Below, one piece after another: positions 1-11,960 of a stretch of DNA of 64,000 nucleotides. Position 1 is the stretch's first letter. Every line of letters begins with the position of its first letter. The position numbers were made by a program, and so were the translations under genes. This stretch comes from Pristiophorus japonicus (lineage: Eukaryota). The DNA lies in NCBI RefSeq assembly GCF_044704955.1, contig NC_091977.1:12896001-12960000 (forward strand), given 5' to 3'. The notes under the pieces were generated by a model that was given only the letters and a program-made list of their open reading frames with translations, did no database searches and was not told where the DNA came from.

Positions 1-519
1 AAATTTCAAGACTGAGCGTGATCGATTTTTGTGAGGTGAGGCTAGTAAGGGTTATGGAACCAAGGTGGGGAGATGGAGTTAACAGCAACTTGTATTTATA
101 CAGCGTCTTTACCGGAGCAAAACGTCGTAAGGTGCTTCTCAGGAGTATTATAAAACAAAATTTGACACCGAGCCACACAAGGAGAAATTAGCGCAGGTGA
201 CCAAGAAAGGTAGGTTTTAAGGAGTGTCTTAATGGAGGAAAGCAAGGGGGAGAGATTTAGGTAGGGAATTCCAGAGCATAGGGCCCAGGCAGCTGAAGGC
301 ATGGCCGCCGATGATTCAGCGATTAAAATCAGGGGAGCCCAGATATCTCGGAGGGTTGTGAGGCTGGAAGAGATTACAGTGATGAGGAGCAGCATGGCCA
401 TGGAGGGATTTGAAAACAAGGATGGGAATTGTTAAATCGAGTTGTTGCTAACCGGGATTTGGGTGACCTCAAGTTTACATAGGGTAGAACGTGGGAGGCC
501 AGCTAGGAGTGTGTTGGAA

Positions 520-1235
520 TCATCATCATCATAGGCAGTCCCTCGAAATCGAGGAAGACTTGCTTCAACTCTTAAAAAATGAGTTCTTAGATGACTGAAC
601 AGTCCAATACGGGAATTACAGTTTCTATCACAGGCGGGACAGACAGTCGTTGGAGGAAAGGGTGGGTGGGGAGCCTGGTTTGCCGCACGCTCCTTCCGCT
701 GCCTGCGCTTGGTTTCTGCATGCCCTCGGCAATGAGACTCGAGGTGCTCAGCGCCCTCCCGGGTGCACTTCGTCTACTTAAGGCGGTCTTTGGCCAGGGA
801 CTCCCAGGTGTCGGTGGGGATGTTGCATTTTATCAAGGAGGCTTTGAGGGTGCCCTTGAAATGCTTCCTCTGCCCACCTTGGGCTTGCATGCCGTGTAGG
901 AGTTCCGAGTAGAGTGCTTGCTTTGGGAGTCTTGTGTCAGGCATGCGGACAATGTGGCCTGCCCAGCGGAGCTGGTCAAGTGTGGTCAGTGCTTCGATGC
1001 TGGGGATGTTGGCCTGGTCGAGGACGCTAACGTTGGTGCGTCTGTCCTCCCAGGGGATTTGTAGTATCTTGCGGAGACCTCTGGTATTTCTCCAGCGATT
1101 TGAGGTGTCTACAGAACATGGTCCATGTCTCTGAGCCATACAGGAGGGCGGGTATCGCTACAGCCCTGTAGACATGATCTTCGAACACTCTTTTCCTTAG
1201 GCGGCCAAAGGCTACGGTGGCGCACTGGAGGCGGT
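520..1235 (-). mobile_element. RTE-clade LINE 3' fragment
   Basis: Peptide WEDRRTNVSVL...LRWAGHIVRMPDTRLPKQALYSEL...GGQRKHFK is the RTE ORF C-terminus; (GAT)n tail read as catcatcatc at ~520-531. Confidence 0.85.
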
Positions 1236-1391
1236 CTTAAAAAAGGCATGGATGAGGGCTTCAGCAGCAGATGAGCTGAGGCAGGCACGGAGTCGAGTGA
1301 TGTTCCGGAGGTGGAAATAGGCGGTCTTACTTCAGCAACGAACAGTCTGGTTTAACTGCAGACAGATGCTAGGGAGAGGGATGGAGTTGGT

Positions 1392-2164
1392 GGCTAGAAA
1401 TTCAGGGTCCGTATAAGACATGTTTCTGCCGTTATGCGGCGGAATTGAGTGACGGCCGCGCTGCAGTCCAATGGGCATTCCGACCGAAATTCAGGTCAGG
1501 GATTTTTCGGCCTGTTCCCAATTCCATTCCGCTGCTGATGACCACTTCAAGCGTGTCATCAAAGCGCGCACCCCTGCTCTCCCTCACTTGCAGAATACTT
1601 CGCCTGAAATTTAGGTGAAATAATCGTTGCCCCACCGCTCAGTGCCCCCGACAGCTTTCTCTGTCAGTGCACCTTGTCTGCGCTCTCTCTGCCCTGGCGG
1701 TGCGGTGGCCAAATGCTGCGGCCGCCATCTTAATTTTTTTTTGCCGGCCGATTTCTGCGTCGTCCAAACTATTGCACCCACTGGTTCGGCCAGGCTCTTG
1801 GGTGTCAGGGGCCGCTGGCCCGGCTGAAATGCTCCCTGGTGGCCCAGTGGCCGAAGATAAAAAAAAAATGCCCAATTCTCTCCCCTTTAACGGAGGGGAG
1901 AGAGCGTGGTGACTCACGCACGCTGTGACATTACCACCGCGAGCAGCAGAGTCCCGATCCCGGTCCAACTTCCGCCCCTCGGCCTGACTTACCGCTGCAC
2001 TTTCGCCCCCACTATGACCGACTCCCAATCCAACGTTAAAATAAAATGTACTAAGTGTTGAAAACCGCTCAAAGGCTGCCTCATCGCTCCTGGCAGAAAA
2101 AAAATCCATTTAAAAAAAAAAAGCTCGGTGCTCCAGTTTTCTGGCAGCCCTGAATTTCAGCCCC
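1392..2164. mobile_element. GC-rich non-autonomous DNA transposon (MITE, probably Harbinger type)
   Basis: Terminal inverted repeats GGCT(A)GAAATTCAGGG (1392-1407) and CCCTGAATTTCAGCCCC (2148-2164); L2 sequence on both sides. Confidence 0.6.
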
Positions 2165-3229
2165 AATGGCTTCAGACTTCCCAAAATTTAGTTGGAGAAA
2201 ATTTCTGCTCGTCCAGTCCTGGATGTCGGACAAAGCAGTCTGACAATTTAGAGACAGTGGAGGGGTCGAGAGAAGTAATGATGAGGTAGACTGATGATGT
2301 CCTCAGCGTACATGTGGAAACTGAAGCTGTGTTTTCGGATGATGTTGCCAGGGGGGTGAGGAGGGGGGGCAGCATGAATAGGAGAGGGCCAAGGATAGAG
2401 CCTTGGGGGACACCAGAGGTAACTATGTGGGAAGAGAAGCCGTTGCAGGTGATTCTCTGGCAACGATTAGATAGATAACAATAGAGCTAGGTGAGTGCAG
2501 TTCCACCCAGCTCGTCGATGGTGGAGAGGCCTTGGAGATGGATGTCGTCTCAGTACTGTGATGGGCAGCATCCTGATTGGAGGGATTCAAACACGGACTT
2601 CCAGGAAAGATGGGCACGGATTTGTGAGGCGACATCATGTTCAAGGACTTTGGAGAGGAAAGAGAGGTTGGAGTTTGAGCGGTAGTTTGCAAGGACAGAG
2701 CGGTCGAGGGTTGGTTTTTTTGAGGAGAGGGGTGATGACGGAAGATTTGAGGGAGAGGGCGACAGTACCTGAGGAGAGAGAACCGTTAACTGTATCGGCT
2801 AACAAGGGAGCTAGAAAAGCAAGTTGGGTGGTCAGCAGTTTGATGGGAATAGGGTCGAGGAAGCAGGACAAGACTAGCTCGGAGAGATCAGGAGGGGAGA
2901 TCAGAGAGAAACTGGAGAAAGATGTGAGGTCAGGGGAGGGCCCTCAGTGGAAGTTTGGCCCGGTGGGTGAGGGGAAGGAAGGGAAGTGGCAGAGGCAGCT
3001 GATCGGATGGTCTCAGTCTTAGAGACAAAAAAGTCCATGAGCTCCTCGCACTTGTTGTTGGAGGAGACTGGAAAGAGAGGTTTAAGAAGCAGTAGTGAAA
3101 AGAAGGCGGGATATCTTTACATTCCAGAATGATCCTGCAATAGTGAGCAGTTTTGGCAGATGAGAGCAGGACTCGATAATGCTTTATTTGGCAGAGGGCT
3201 GGGCAGAAACAAGAACCAAGGTTCACAAA

Positions 3230-6200
3230 GGATTAGGGGAGACGGATAGCGCGAGAGTAAGAAATGGTACAGTATTAGGTGGGGTCAGATTAAGAGAGAA
3301 TACAGTAAGATCGAAGATAGATTTACAATGCATGTGTGTAAACGCACGAGCATGGTAAATAAGGTTGGTGAACTGCAGGCGCAAATAGTCACATGGGAAA
3401 ATGATGTTAACGGGGACCTGGCTCAAAAAGGGCAGGATTCAGAACTAAATATTCCTGGATATAGGGTGTTCAGGAAAAATAGGGAAGGATAGGAGTTGGG
3501 GTGGCAATATTGATTTAAGGAGAATATTAAAGTGCTAGAGAGATGATATCCTGGAGAGGACAAGGACAGAATCTATTTGGTTAGAGTTAAGAAACAAGAG
3601 GTGTCTTCTATAGACCACCAACTAATGGGAAATATATAGAGGAGCACATTTGCAAGGAAATCAGAGAGTTGCAAGAACTAATAGAGTAGTGATAATGGGG
3701 GACTTCAACTTTCCTAATATAGACTGGGATAATAGTGTAAAGAGCAGAGAGGGGAAGAATTTCTGTGTTCAGGAGAACTTTCTTGATCAGTATGTTTCTG
3801 GCCCAATGAGGAAGGAGTCATTGTTGGGTCTGGTTCTGGGGAATGAGGTGGGCTAATTGGAGCAATTGTTAGTAGGGGTACATTTAGGGATCAGTGATCA
3901 CATTATCGTAAGGTTTGGATTAGCTCTGGAAAAGGACAAGGAGCAATCTAGAGTATTTATACTTAATTGGAGGAAGGCTAATTTCAGTGGTTTGAGGATG
4001 GATCTGGCCCGTGTTAGATTGGAATCAAAGATTGTCAGGCGAAATTAATCGAACAGTGGGTTGTCTTCAAAGAGAAGATGGTTCGGGTACAGTCAAGGTA
4101 CATTCCCACGATGGGGAAAGGGAGGGCAACCAAACTCAAAGCTCCCTGGATGACAAAAAAGATGAGAGCAAATGAAGCAGGAAAAGGGGCATATGTCAGA
4201 TGTCAGGTTGAGAATACAAGTGAGAATCAGGCTGAATATAGAAAGTTCAGAAGGGAAGTTTAAAAGAAAATATCAGAATAGATTGGCAGCTAATATTAAA
4301 GGGAATTCAAAAGTCTTCTATAGGCATATAAATAGTAAACCGGTAGTAACATGAAGGGTGTGGCCAATTAGGGACCAGCATGGAGACAAAGGGAATGGCT
4401 GAGGTACTAAATGGGTACTTTGCATCTGTCTTTCCCAAGGAAGATGATGCTGCCAAAGTCATAGTGAAAGAGGAGGCAGGTGTGATATTGGATAGGATAA
4501 TAATTGATACAGAGGAGGTACTAGAAAGGCTGGCTGCACATAAAGTAGAAGTCACCAGGACCGGATGGGATGCATCCTAGGATGCTGAGGGAAGTAAGGG
4601 TGGAAATTGCAGAGTTACTGGCCATAATCTTCCAATCCTCCTTGGATACTGGGCTGGTGGAGGACTAGATAATTGCAAATGTTACACCCTTTTTTGAACA
4701 AGGGTGTAAGGATAAACCCAGCAATTACAGGCGAGTCAGTTTAACCTTGATAGTGGGGAAGCTTTTAGAAACAATAATCAGGGACAAAATTAAGTAACTT
4801 GGAAAAGTGTGGATTAATTAAGGAAAACCAGCACGGATTTGTAAAGGCAAATCATGTTTAGCTAACTTGGTTGAATTGTTTTGATGAGGGCAATGTGGTT
4901 GATGTGTATCCCAGGCTGTTAAAAGAAGCAAAAGAGGAAACGACAGCCATCATTTTCCAATCCTCTCTGGCTACAGGTTGTGGTGCCAGAGGACTGGAGG
5001 ACTACTAATATGGTACCTTTGTTTAAGAAGGGAGAAAGGGATAGACCGAGTAATTACAGGCCAGTCAGCCTAACCTCGGTGGTGGGAAAATTATTAGAAA
5101 AAATTCTGAGGAGCAAGATAAATCTTCATTTAGAAAGACACGGATTAATCAAGGACAGTCAGCATGGATTTGTTAAGGGAAGGTTGTGTCTGACTAACTT
5201 GATTGAATTTTTTGAGGAGGTAACCAGGAGGGTCGATGAGGGTAGTACATTTGATGTAGTGTTTATGGATTTTAGCAAGGCTTTTGATTAGGTCCCCCAT
5301 GGCAGACTGGTCATGAAAGTAAAAACCCATGGGATCCAGGACAAAGTGGCAAGTTGTCTCCAAAATTGGCTCGGAGGCAGGAAGCAAAGGGTAATGGTTG
5401 ATGGCTGTTTTTGTGACTGAAAGGCTGTATCCAGCGGGGTTCTGCAGGGCTCGGTGCTGGGTCCCTTGCTTTGTGGTATATATCAATGAGCTAGACTTGA
5501 ATGTAGGAGGTACGATTAAGATGTTTGCAGATGATACTAAAATCGGCTGTGTGTTTGATAATGAAGAAAGCTGCAGACAGCAGGAAGATATCAGTGAACT
5601 GGTCAGGTGGGCAGAACAGTGGCAAATGGAATTCGATCCGGAGAAGTGTGAGGTAATGCATTTGTGGAGGGCTAACAAGCAAGGGACTACAGATTGGACC
5701 TCTTTGGTCCGGGACTCTCTGGTCCGGAAACATCTGTGATTCGGCATTAGCTGGGCCTGAGGGATGGAGGGTTTATTATATTTTTTTTAAAGTTTGGATT
5801 GGCAGGCGCGGCTGCCAATCAGTGAGAGTGTTCGGTGATTGTCCGGAGCGGCAGTCAGTCAGTGAGTGTGTGCGTGTGTGCTGAGGGAGCCACCCGCAGG
5901 CTGCCAGCATGCATACGCACTCGGGAGCCCGCTCGCTGTCGGCAGGTACTGGTAAGCGTGACCTCCCATGGTTCGGAAAATTCTCTGTTCCGTCACTGGT
6001 CAGGTCCCATGGGTGTTGGACCAGACTGGTCCAACCTGTACCCATTAAATGGTAGGACATTGAGAAGTGTAGAGGAACAACTGCACTTTGGAGTGCATGT
6101 CCACAGATCCCTGAAGGTAGCAGGCCAGGTTGATAAGGTGGTTAACAAGGCATACGGAATGCTTGCCTTTATTAGCCAAGGCATAGAATACAAGAGCAGG

Positions 6201-7890
6201 GAGGTTATACTTGAACTGTATAAAACACTAGTTAGGCTACAGCTAGAGTACTGCGTGAAGTTCTGGTCACCATATTACAGGAAAGATGTGATTGCACTAG
6301 ATAGGGTACAGAGGAGATTCACGAGGATGTTTCCGGGAGTGGAGAATCTAAGCCATGGGGAAAGATTGGATAGGCTGAGTTTGTTTTCTTTGGAACAGAG
6401 GAGGCTGAGGGGAGACATTATTGAGGTGTATAAAACTATGAGGGGCCTAGGTAAAGTGGATAGAAAGGATCTAATCCCTTAACAGATGGGTCAACAACCT
6501 TGAGGCATAGGTTTAAAGTAATTGGTAAGAGGTTTAGAGGAGATATGAGGGTAGTGGGGGTCTGGAACTCACTGCCTGAAAGTGTGGTAGAGGCAGAAAC
6601 CCTCACTGCATTTACAAAAGTACTTGGATATGCACTTGAAGTGCCGGAAATCACAGGCTACGGACCAAGAGCTGGAAAGTGGGATTAGGCTGGATAGCTC
6701 TTTGTCGCCTGGCACAGACACGATGGGCTGAATGACTCCTTTCCGTGCTGTAAATTTCTATGAATCTATGATGTGGTGTAGATAGACTTTCAAAAGGTAT
6801 TTGATAAAGTGCTAGCAAAGTTGAAGCCCATGGAATAAAAGGGACAGTGGCAGCCTGGATACGAAATTGGCTCAGTGACAGGAAACAGAGACTAGTGGTG
6901 AACGGTAGTTTTTCAGACTGGAGGAAGGTGTACAGTGGTGTTCCCTAGGGGGTTGGTACTAGGACCACTGCTTTTCTTGATGTATATTAATGACTTGGAC
7001 TTGGTTGTACGGGACACAATTTCAAAATTTGCAGATGGCACAAAACTTGGATGTATATTGAGTAGTGAGGAGGATAGTGATAAGTCTTGACATAGACAGA
7101 CTGGTGGAATGGGCAGATGCATGGCAGATGAAATTTAATGCAGAAAAGTGCGAAGTGATACATTTTGGTAGGAAGAACGAGGGGAGGCAAAATAAAGTAA
7201 AGGGGGTGTATGAACAGAGAGACCTGGGGGTATATGTGCACAGATTGTTGGAGGTGGCAAGGCAGGTTGAGAAAGCAGACAGAAAAGCTTACGGAATAGT
7301 GGCATAGAGTACAAAAACAAGGAAGTTACGATCAACCTTTATAAAACACTGGTCGGCCTCAACTGGAGTATTGTGCAATTCTGGGCACCGCACTTTAGGA
7401 AGGATTGAAAAGGCCTTCAAGAGGGTGCAGAAACGATTTACAAGAATGGTTCCAGGAATGAGGGACTTCAGTTAGGTGGATGGAATGGAGTAGCTCCTTA
7501 GAGCAGAGAAGATTGAGAGGAGATTTGATAGAGTTGTTCAAAATCATGAATGGCCTGGACAGGATAGAGAGAAACTGTTCCCATTGGCAGAACCAGAGAC
7601 ACAGATATTTAAGGTGATTGGCAGAAGAACCAAAGACGGCATGAAATCAAACTTTTTAAGGCAGCGAGTGGTTAGAATCTGGAATGCACCGTCTGAAAGG
7701 GTGGTGGAGGCAGAGTCAATCGTGGCTTTCAGAAGGGAATTGGCTAAGTACCTAAAAGAAAACAATTTGCAGGGCTACGGGTAAAGGTTGGGGGAGTGGG
7801 ACTATCTGAAGTGCTCTTGCAGAGAGCCAGCATGAGCTCGATGGGCTGAATGGTCTCCTGTGCTGTAACCAGTCGATAAATTCTATTCTA
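3230..7890 (+). mobile_element. Cluster of degenerate CR1 LINE ORF2 fragments (at least two nested copies)
   Basis: Peptides VIMGDFNFPNIDW, NYRPVSLTSVVGKLLE, DFSKAFD, FADDTK, LEYCVKFWSPY; CR1 3' ends with ttctatg tails near 6760 and 7885. Confidence 0.9.
5690..6038. mobile_element. Tc1/mariner-type MITE inserted in CR1
   Basis: TIRs CAGATTGGACC / GGTCCAACCTG with TA duplication (5688-5689, 6039-6040); removing it rejoins the CR1 coding sequence. Confidence 0.75.
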
Positions 7891-8169
7891 TGATTTATGC
7901 GATCCAGCCAGATCTGATGGTCTGCCATACCCTTTCAAGTCTGCGTCCCATGGATTTAAGTGAGCAGAGATGAGGGCCATACCAGGGGGAGCGGCCTGGG
8001 TGATATAGAGAGAGAGTAATGGTTTTAATAGGGACTAGGGCATCAAAGGTGGTGGTGATCAGAAGCGACAGAGGAAATGTAACCCACTAGCCAGCAAACA
8101 ACAAAGCTGAATAACCAGTAGAATGAGTCACCCATCTCAACATAGAAACAGCAGCAGTGCGGGAAAAAA

Positions 8170-8640
8170 GAAAGAAAGACTTACATTTATATAGCGCCTT
8201 TCACGATCACCGGACATTTCAAAGCGCTTTACAGCCAATGAAGTACTTTTTAGAGCGTAGTCACTGTTGTAATGTGGGAAACACAGCAACCAATTTGCGC
8301 ATAGCAAGCTCCCACGTACTGCATTGTAATAATGACCAGATAATCTGTTTTTGTTATGTTGATTGAGGGATAAATATTCGCCAGAACACCGGGGATAACT
8401 CCCCTGCTCTTCTTCGAAATAATGCCATGGGATCTTTTACGTCCACCTGGGAGAGCAGACGGGGCCTCGGTTTGACTTCTCATCCAAAACATGGCACCTT
8501 CGACAATGCAGCACTCCCTCAGCATTGCACTGGAGTTACAGCCTAGATTTATGTGCTCAAATCCCTGGAGTGGGACTTGAACCCACAACCTTTTGACTCC
8601 GAGGCGAGGGTGCTTACCCACTGAGCCACAGCTGACACTG
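8170..8640 (-). mobile_element. tRNA-headed Deu-domain SINE (SacSINE1/AmnSINE1-like)
   Basis: Minus strand starts with A box TGGCTCAGTGG and B box GGTTCAAGTCC, followed by the Deu core (gggatcttttacgtccacctg...gcagacggggcctcggttt on +) and an L2-like tail. Confidence 0.75.
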
Positions 8641-9021
8641 AAGGTTGACAGCAGATTTCCAGGGAGAGAGGTGAAGCAATGAAGAGCTTCTTATGGAACT
8701 GCTAGTCCAGCAGCAGTCATCTTAACGTTTAAGATACAGATCAGCCATGATCTAATTGAATGGCAAGACAGGCTTGCATTGTTCCTGTCCTCTACCTTGG
8801 CAGCTCGGTCCTAACCACGTGACTGTCACCATTTCATTCTCGCCGGTCATGTCCTGTTTCGTTGTCAACCTTGATCGTTTGTTAAATGTATCAGCCGAGC
8901 GTGCATGCCTGCGTTGGTGCGTGTCTGCATGCATTAATGTGGGTGCGTGTGTCTGTATGTACATGCGCCTTTTTTACATGGAGACTATTGATTCTGGGCC
9001 TGACTTCTGTGCACGTTACAG

Positions 9022-9143
9022 GCCCAATGAAAGGGGAAGATGTGAACCCGTCCACCATTGTTCCAGTTCTCCGTTACCTGCTCTTCTTCCTACCCGAACA
9101 ATGCAAGGAGAAGCTGAGCTGTGGAGTCCGCTATCATCAGGCG
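9022..9143 (+). CDS. slc5a6: Sodium-dependent multivitamin transporter, penultimate coding exon
   Basis: Bounded by ttacag| and |gtaggt; phase 1 to 0; encodes GPMKGEDVNPSTIVPVLRYLLFFLPEQCKEKLSCGVRYHQA, resembling the SLC5A6 tail as I recall it ([34 protein letters not shown]). Confidence 0.85.
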
Positions 9144-9216
9144 GTAGGTGGAGAATCTTCAATCATTCTTTTATCCTTTTGTTTTACAATTGCTGCAAAT
9201 CCACTTCATTTGGTCC

Positions 9217-9400
9217 ACAGCTCACCCCATCAGACAGACAGGGCACTGTCTACAGCTCGCCCCATCAGACAGACAGGGCACTGTCTACAGCTCGCCCCAT
9301 CAGACAGACAGGGCACTGTCTGGCGCTCGCCCCATCAGACAGACAGGGCACTGTCTGGCGCTCGCCCCATCAGACAGACAGGGCACTGTCTGCAGCTCAC
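9217..9400. repeat. 35-bp minisatellite, ~5 copies
   Basis: Unit acagctcgccccatcagacagacagggcactgtct. Confidence 0.95.
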
Positions 9401-9409
9401 TATCGGACC

Positions 9410-10745
9410 CACCACCCTCTGGGTGAAGAAATTTCCCCTTAGATCCCCTCTAAACCTCCTACCAATTATTTTAAATCTACATCCCCTGGTTGTTGACCTC
9501 TTTGCTAAGGGGAATAGGCCCTTCCTAACTACTCTTATTTAGCCCCTCATAATTTTGTACACCTCAAAGAAGTCTCCCCTCAGCTTCCTTTTCCAAAAAA
9601 AAAACAACCCCAACCTAGCCAATCTTTCCTCATAGCTAAAATTCTCCAGTCCAGGCAACATCCTCGCAAATCTCCACTGTACCCTCCCGAGTGTAATCAT
9701 CTCTTTCCTGTAATGCAGTGACCAGAACTGCACACAGATCTCCAGCTATGGACTAGCTAATGTTTTATGCAGTTCTAGCATAACCTCCCTGCTCTTGTAT
9801 TCTGTGCCTCAGCTAACAAAGGCAGGTATTCCGTATGCCTTCTTAACTACCTTATCTACCTGGCCTGCTACCTTCAGGGATCTGTGGACATGCACTCCAA
9901 GGTCCCTTTGTTCCTCTACACTTCTCAATATCCTACCATTTAATGTATATTCCCTTGCCTTGTTTGCCCTTCCCAAATGCATTACCTCACACTTCTCAGG
10001 ATTGAATTCCATTTGCCACTGTTCTGCCCACCTGACCAGTTGATCGATATCTTCCTGCAATCTACAGCATTCTTCTTCATTATCAACCACACAGCCGATT
10101 TTAGTATTATCTGCAAACTTAATAATCATATCCCTTACATTCAAGTCTAAATCATTGATATATACCACAAAAAGCAAGGGTCTAGTACTGAGCCCTGCGG
10201 AACCCCACACAAACAGCCTTCCAGTCACAAAAATACCCATCAACCATTACCCTTTGCTTCCTGATTCTGAGCTAATTTTGGATCCAACTTGCTATTTTGC
10301 CCTGGATCCCATGGGTTTTTACTTTCGTAACCAGTTGGCCATGTGGAACCTTATCAAAAGCCTTGTGAAAATCCATATACACTACATCAAACGCACTACC
10401 CTCAACGACCCTCCTTGTTACCTCCTCAAAAATGAAAACCAGCTAGTTAGACACGATCTTCCTTTAATAAATCCATGCTGATTGTCCTTGATTAATCCAT
10501 GTCTTTCTAAATGAAGATTTATCCAATCCTCAGTCATTTCCAATAATTTTCCCTCCACCGAGGTTAGGCTGACTGGCCTGTAATTACTCGGTCTATTCTT
10601 TTCTCTCTTTTGAAACAAAGGTACAATGTTAGCAGTCCTCCAGCACCAACTTGTAGCCAGAGAGGATTGAAAAGTGGTGGTCAGAGCCTCTGCTATTTCC
10701 TCTTTTGCTTCTCATAACAGCCTGGGATACATTTCTTTATCCTAC
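9410..10745 (-). mobile_element. CR1 ORF2 fragment
   Basis: Minus-strand NYRPVSLTSVEGK, KFADNTKIG, LVRWAEQWQMEFNPEKC. Confidence 0.9.
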
Positions 10746-10767
10746 CCTGTATGTCCCTTGACATCCA

Positions 10768-10985
10768 GGGGGTACGGTCTGGAGCTTACCATCAGACAGA
10801 CAGGGAGTACGGTCTGGAGCTTACCACCAGACAGAAAGGGTACTGTTTGGAGCTCACTATCAGACAGGGAGTACGGTCTGGAGCTTACCATCAGACAGAC
10901 AGGGTACTGTCTGCAGCTCACTATCAGACACGGAGTACGGTCTGGAGCTTACCATCAGACAGACAGGGTACTGTTTGGAGCTCAC
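10768..10985. repeat. Minisatellite related to the 9217-9400 array (33-35 bp units)
   Basis: Units such as gagcttaccatcagacagacagggtactgtttg. Confidence 0.9.
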
Positions 10986-11074
10986 TCAGGTGGTACCATC
11001 TGCAGCTGGAGTCTGATGTGAAGCTGGTTTGCCTGATTTGTGTCTTTTCCCCCCCACCTTTCTCACCCACACAG

Positions 11075-11254
11075 AACAGCGAGCCCAGTCTGCAGCATTC
11101 CCTGGTGTCGAACAAAGAGTCAAACGGAGTGATGACCAAAGACACCACGCCAGGGGGAGAGGAGAAGCAGAAGTTTGGAGCTGGGCTATCCAAGGAGGTA
11201 GAGATGGGGAAAGGGGACCAAGTGTTGGAGGTTCTGCAGGAGACGTCGCTGTGA
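11075..11254 (+). CDS. slc5a6: Sodium-dependent multivitamin transporter, last coding exon
   Basis: Pyrimidine tract then acacag|AAC; phase 0, matching the previous exon; ends VLQETSL-TGA, as human SLC5A6 ends LQETSL; candidate polyA signal ATTAAA at ~12046. Confidence 0.85.
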   Translation, partial: NSEPSLQHSLVSNKESNGVMTKDTTPGGEEKQKFGAGLSKEVEMGKGDQVLEVLQETSL

Positions 11255-11626
11255 GGCTGCATCCTGCAGGGTTACTGACGCCACCGGGAGACGATGTGGG
11301 ATCTTTCCCAGCGTGCGGGATATCCGCGCAGCATCTGGGTGTGTATAAAAAAAAAAATTCTACCACGTGTGTTCCACAAATTCCAAATTGAAAGAAGCCA
11401 AGGAGCAGCAAGAGACCCACTGGCGGGTTGTTGAAGATCTCTCGTCCCTCAGCGCACCAACTATTACCTTGCCGTCTGGAACGTGCGCAGAACCGGACGG
11501 ATGATAAACGGGGAGTGGGCGACGGGTTGAGAGAGAGAGAGAGAGAGAGGGAGGGAGGGGGGGAGCAGAAATTTTCTCAGCCGACTAATGACTATTGAGC
11601 CAAGATATCTCGAGGTTTGACAGTCA

Positions 11627-11960
11627 GTGCCATGGCAACCACCGGATCCTACCCAGGCGGTGCCATGGCAACCACCGGATCCTACCCAGGCGGTGCCATG
11701 GCAACCACCGGATCCTACCCAGGCAGTGCCATGGCAACCACCGGATCCTACCCAGGCGGTGCCGTGGCAACCACCGGATCCTACCCAGGCGGTGCCGTGG
11801 CAACCACCGGATCCTACCCAGGCGGTGCCGTGGCAACCACCGGATCCTACCCAGGCGGTGCCATGGCAACCACCGGATCCTACCCAGGCGGTGCCATGGC
11901 AACCACCAGACCCTACCCAGGCGGTGCTATGGCAACCACCGGATCCTACCCAGGCGGTGG
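11627..11960. repeat. 33-bp minisatellite, ~10 copies, in the probable slc5a6 3' UTR
   Basis: Unit gtgccatggcaaccaccggatcctacccaggcg; it produces the repetitive ORFs in several frames. Confidence 0.95.

Larger units (their letters stand above)
95..3225 (-). mobile_element. L2-clade LINE remnant (3' end near 95, RT-region fragments to ~3225), interrupted by RTE and MITE insertions
   Basis: Minus-strand peptides SCFLDPIPIKLLTTQLAFLAPLLADTVNGSLSSG...ITPLLKK and FHMYAEDI (YADD-like) are typical of L2 ORF2; many stops and frameshifts. Confidence 0.8.

Noticed and set aside
8560-8640. tRNA gene
   Set aside because: The tRNA-like head continues into a SINE body; same at 28665-28745 and 53030-53105.
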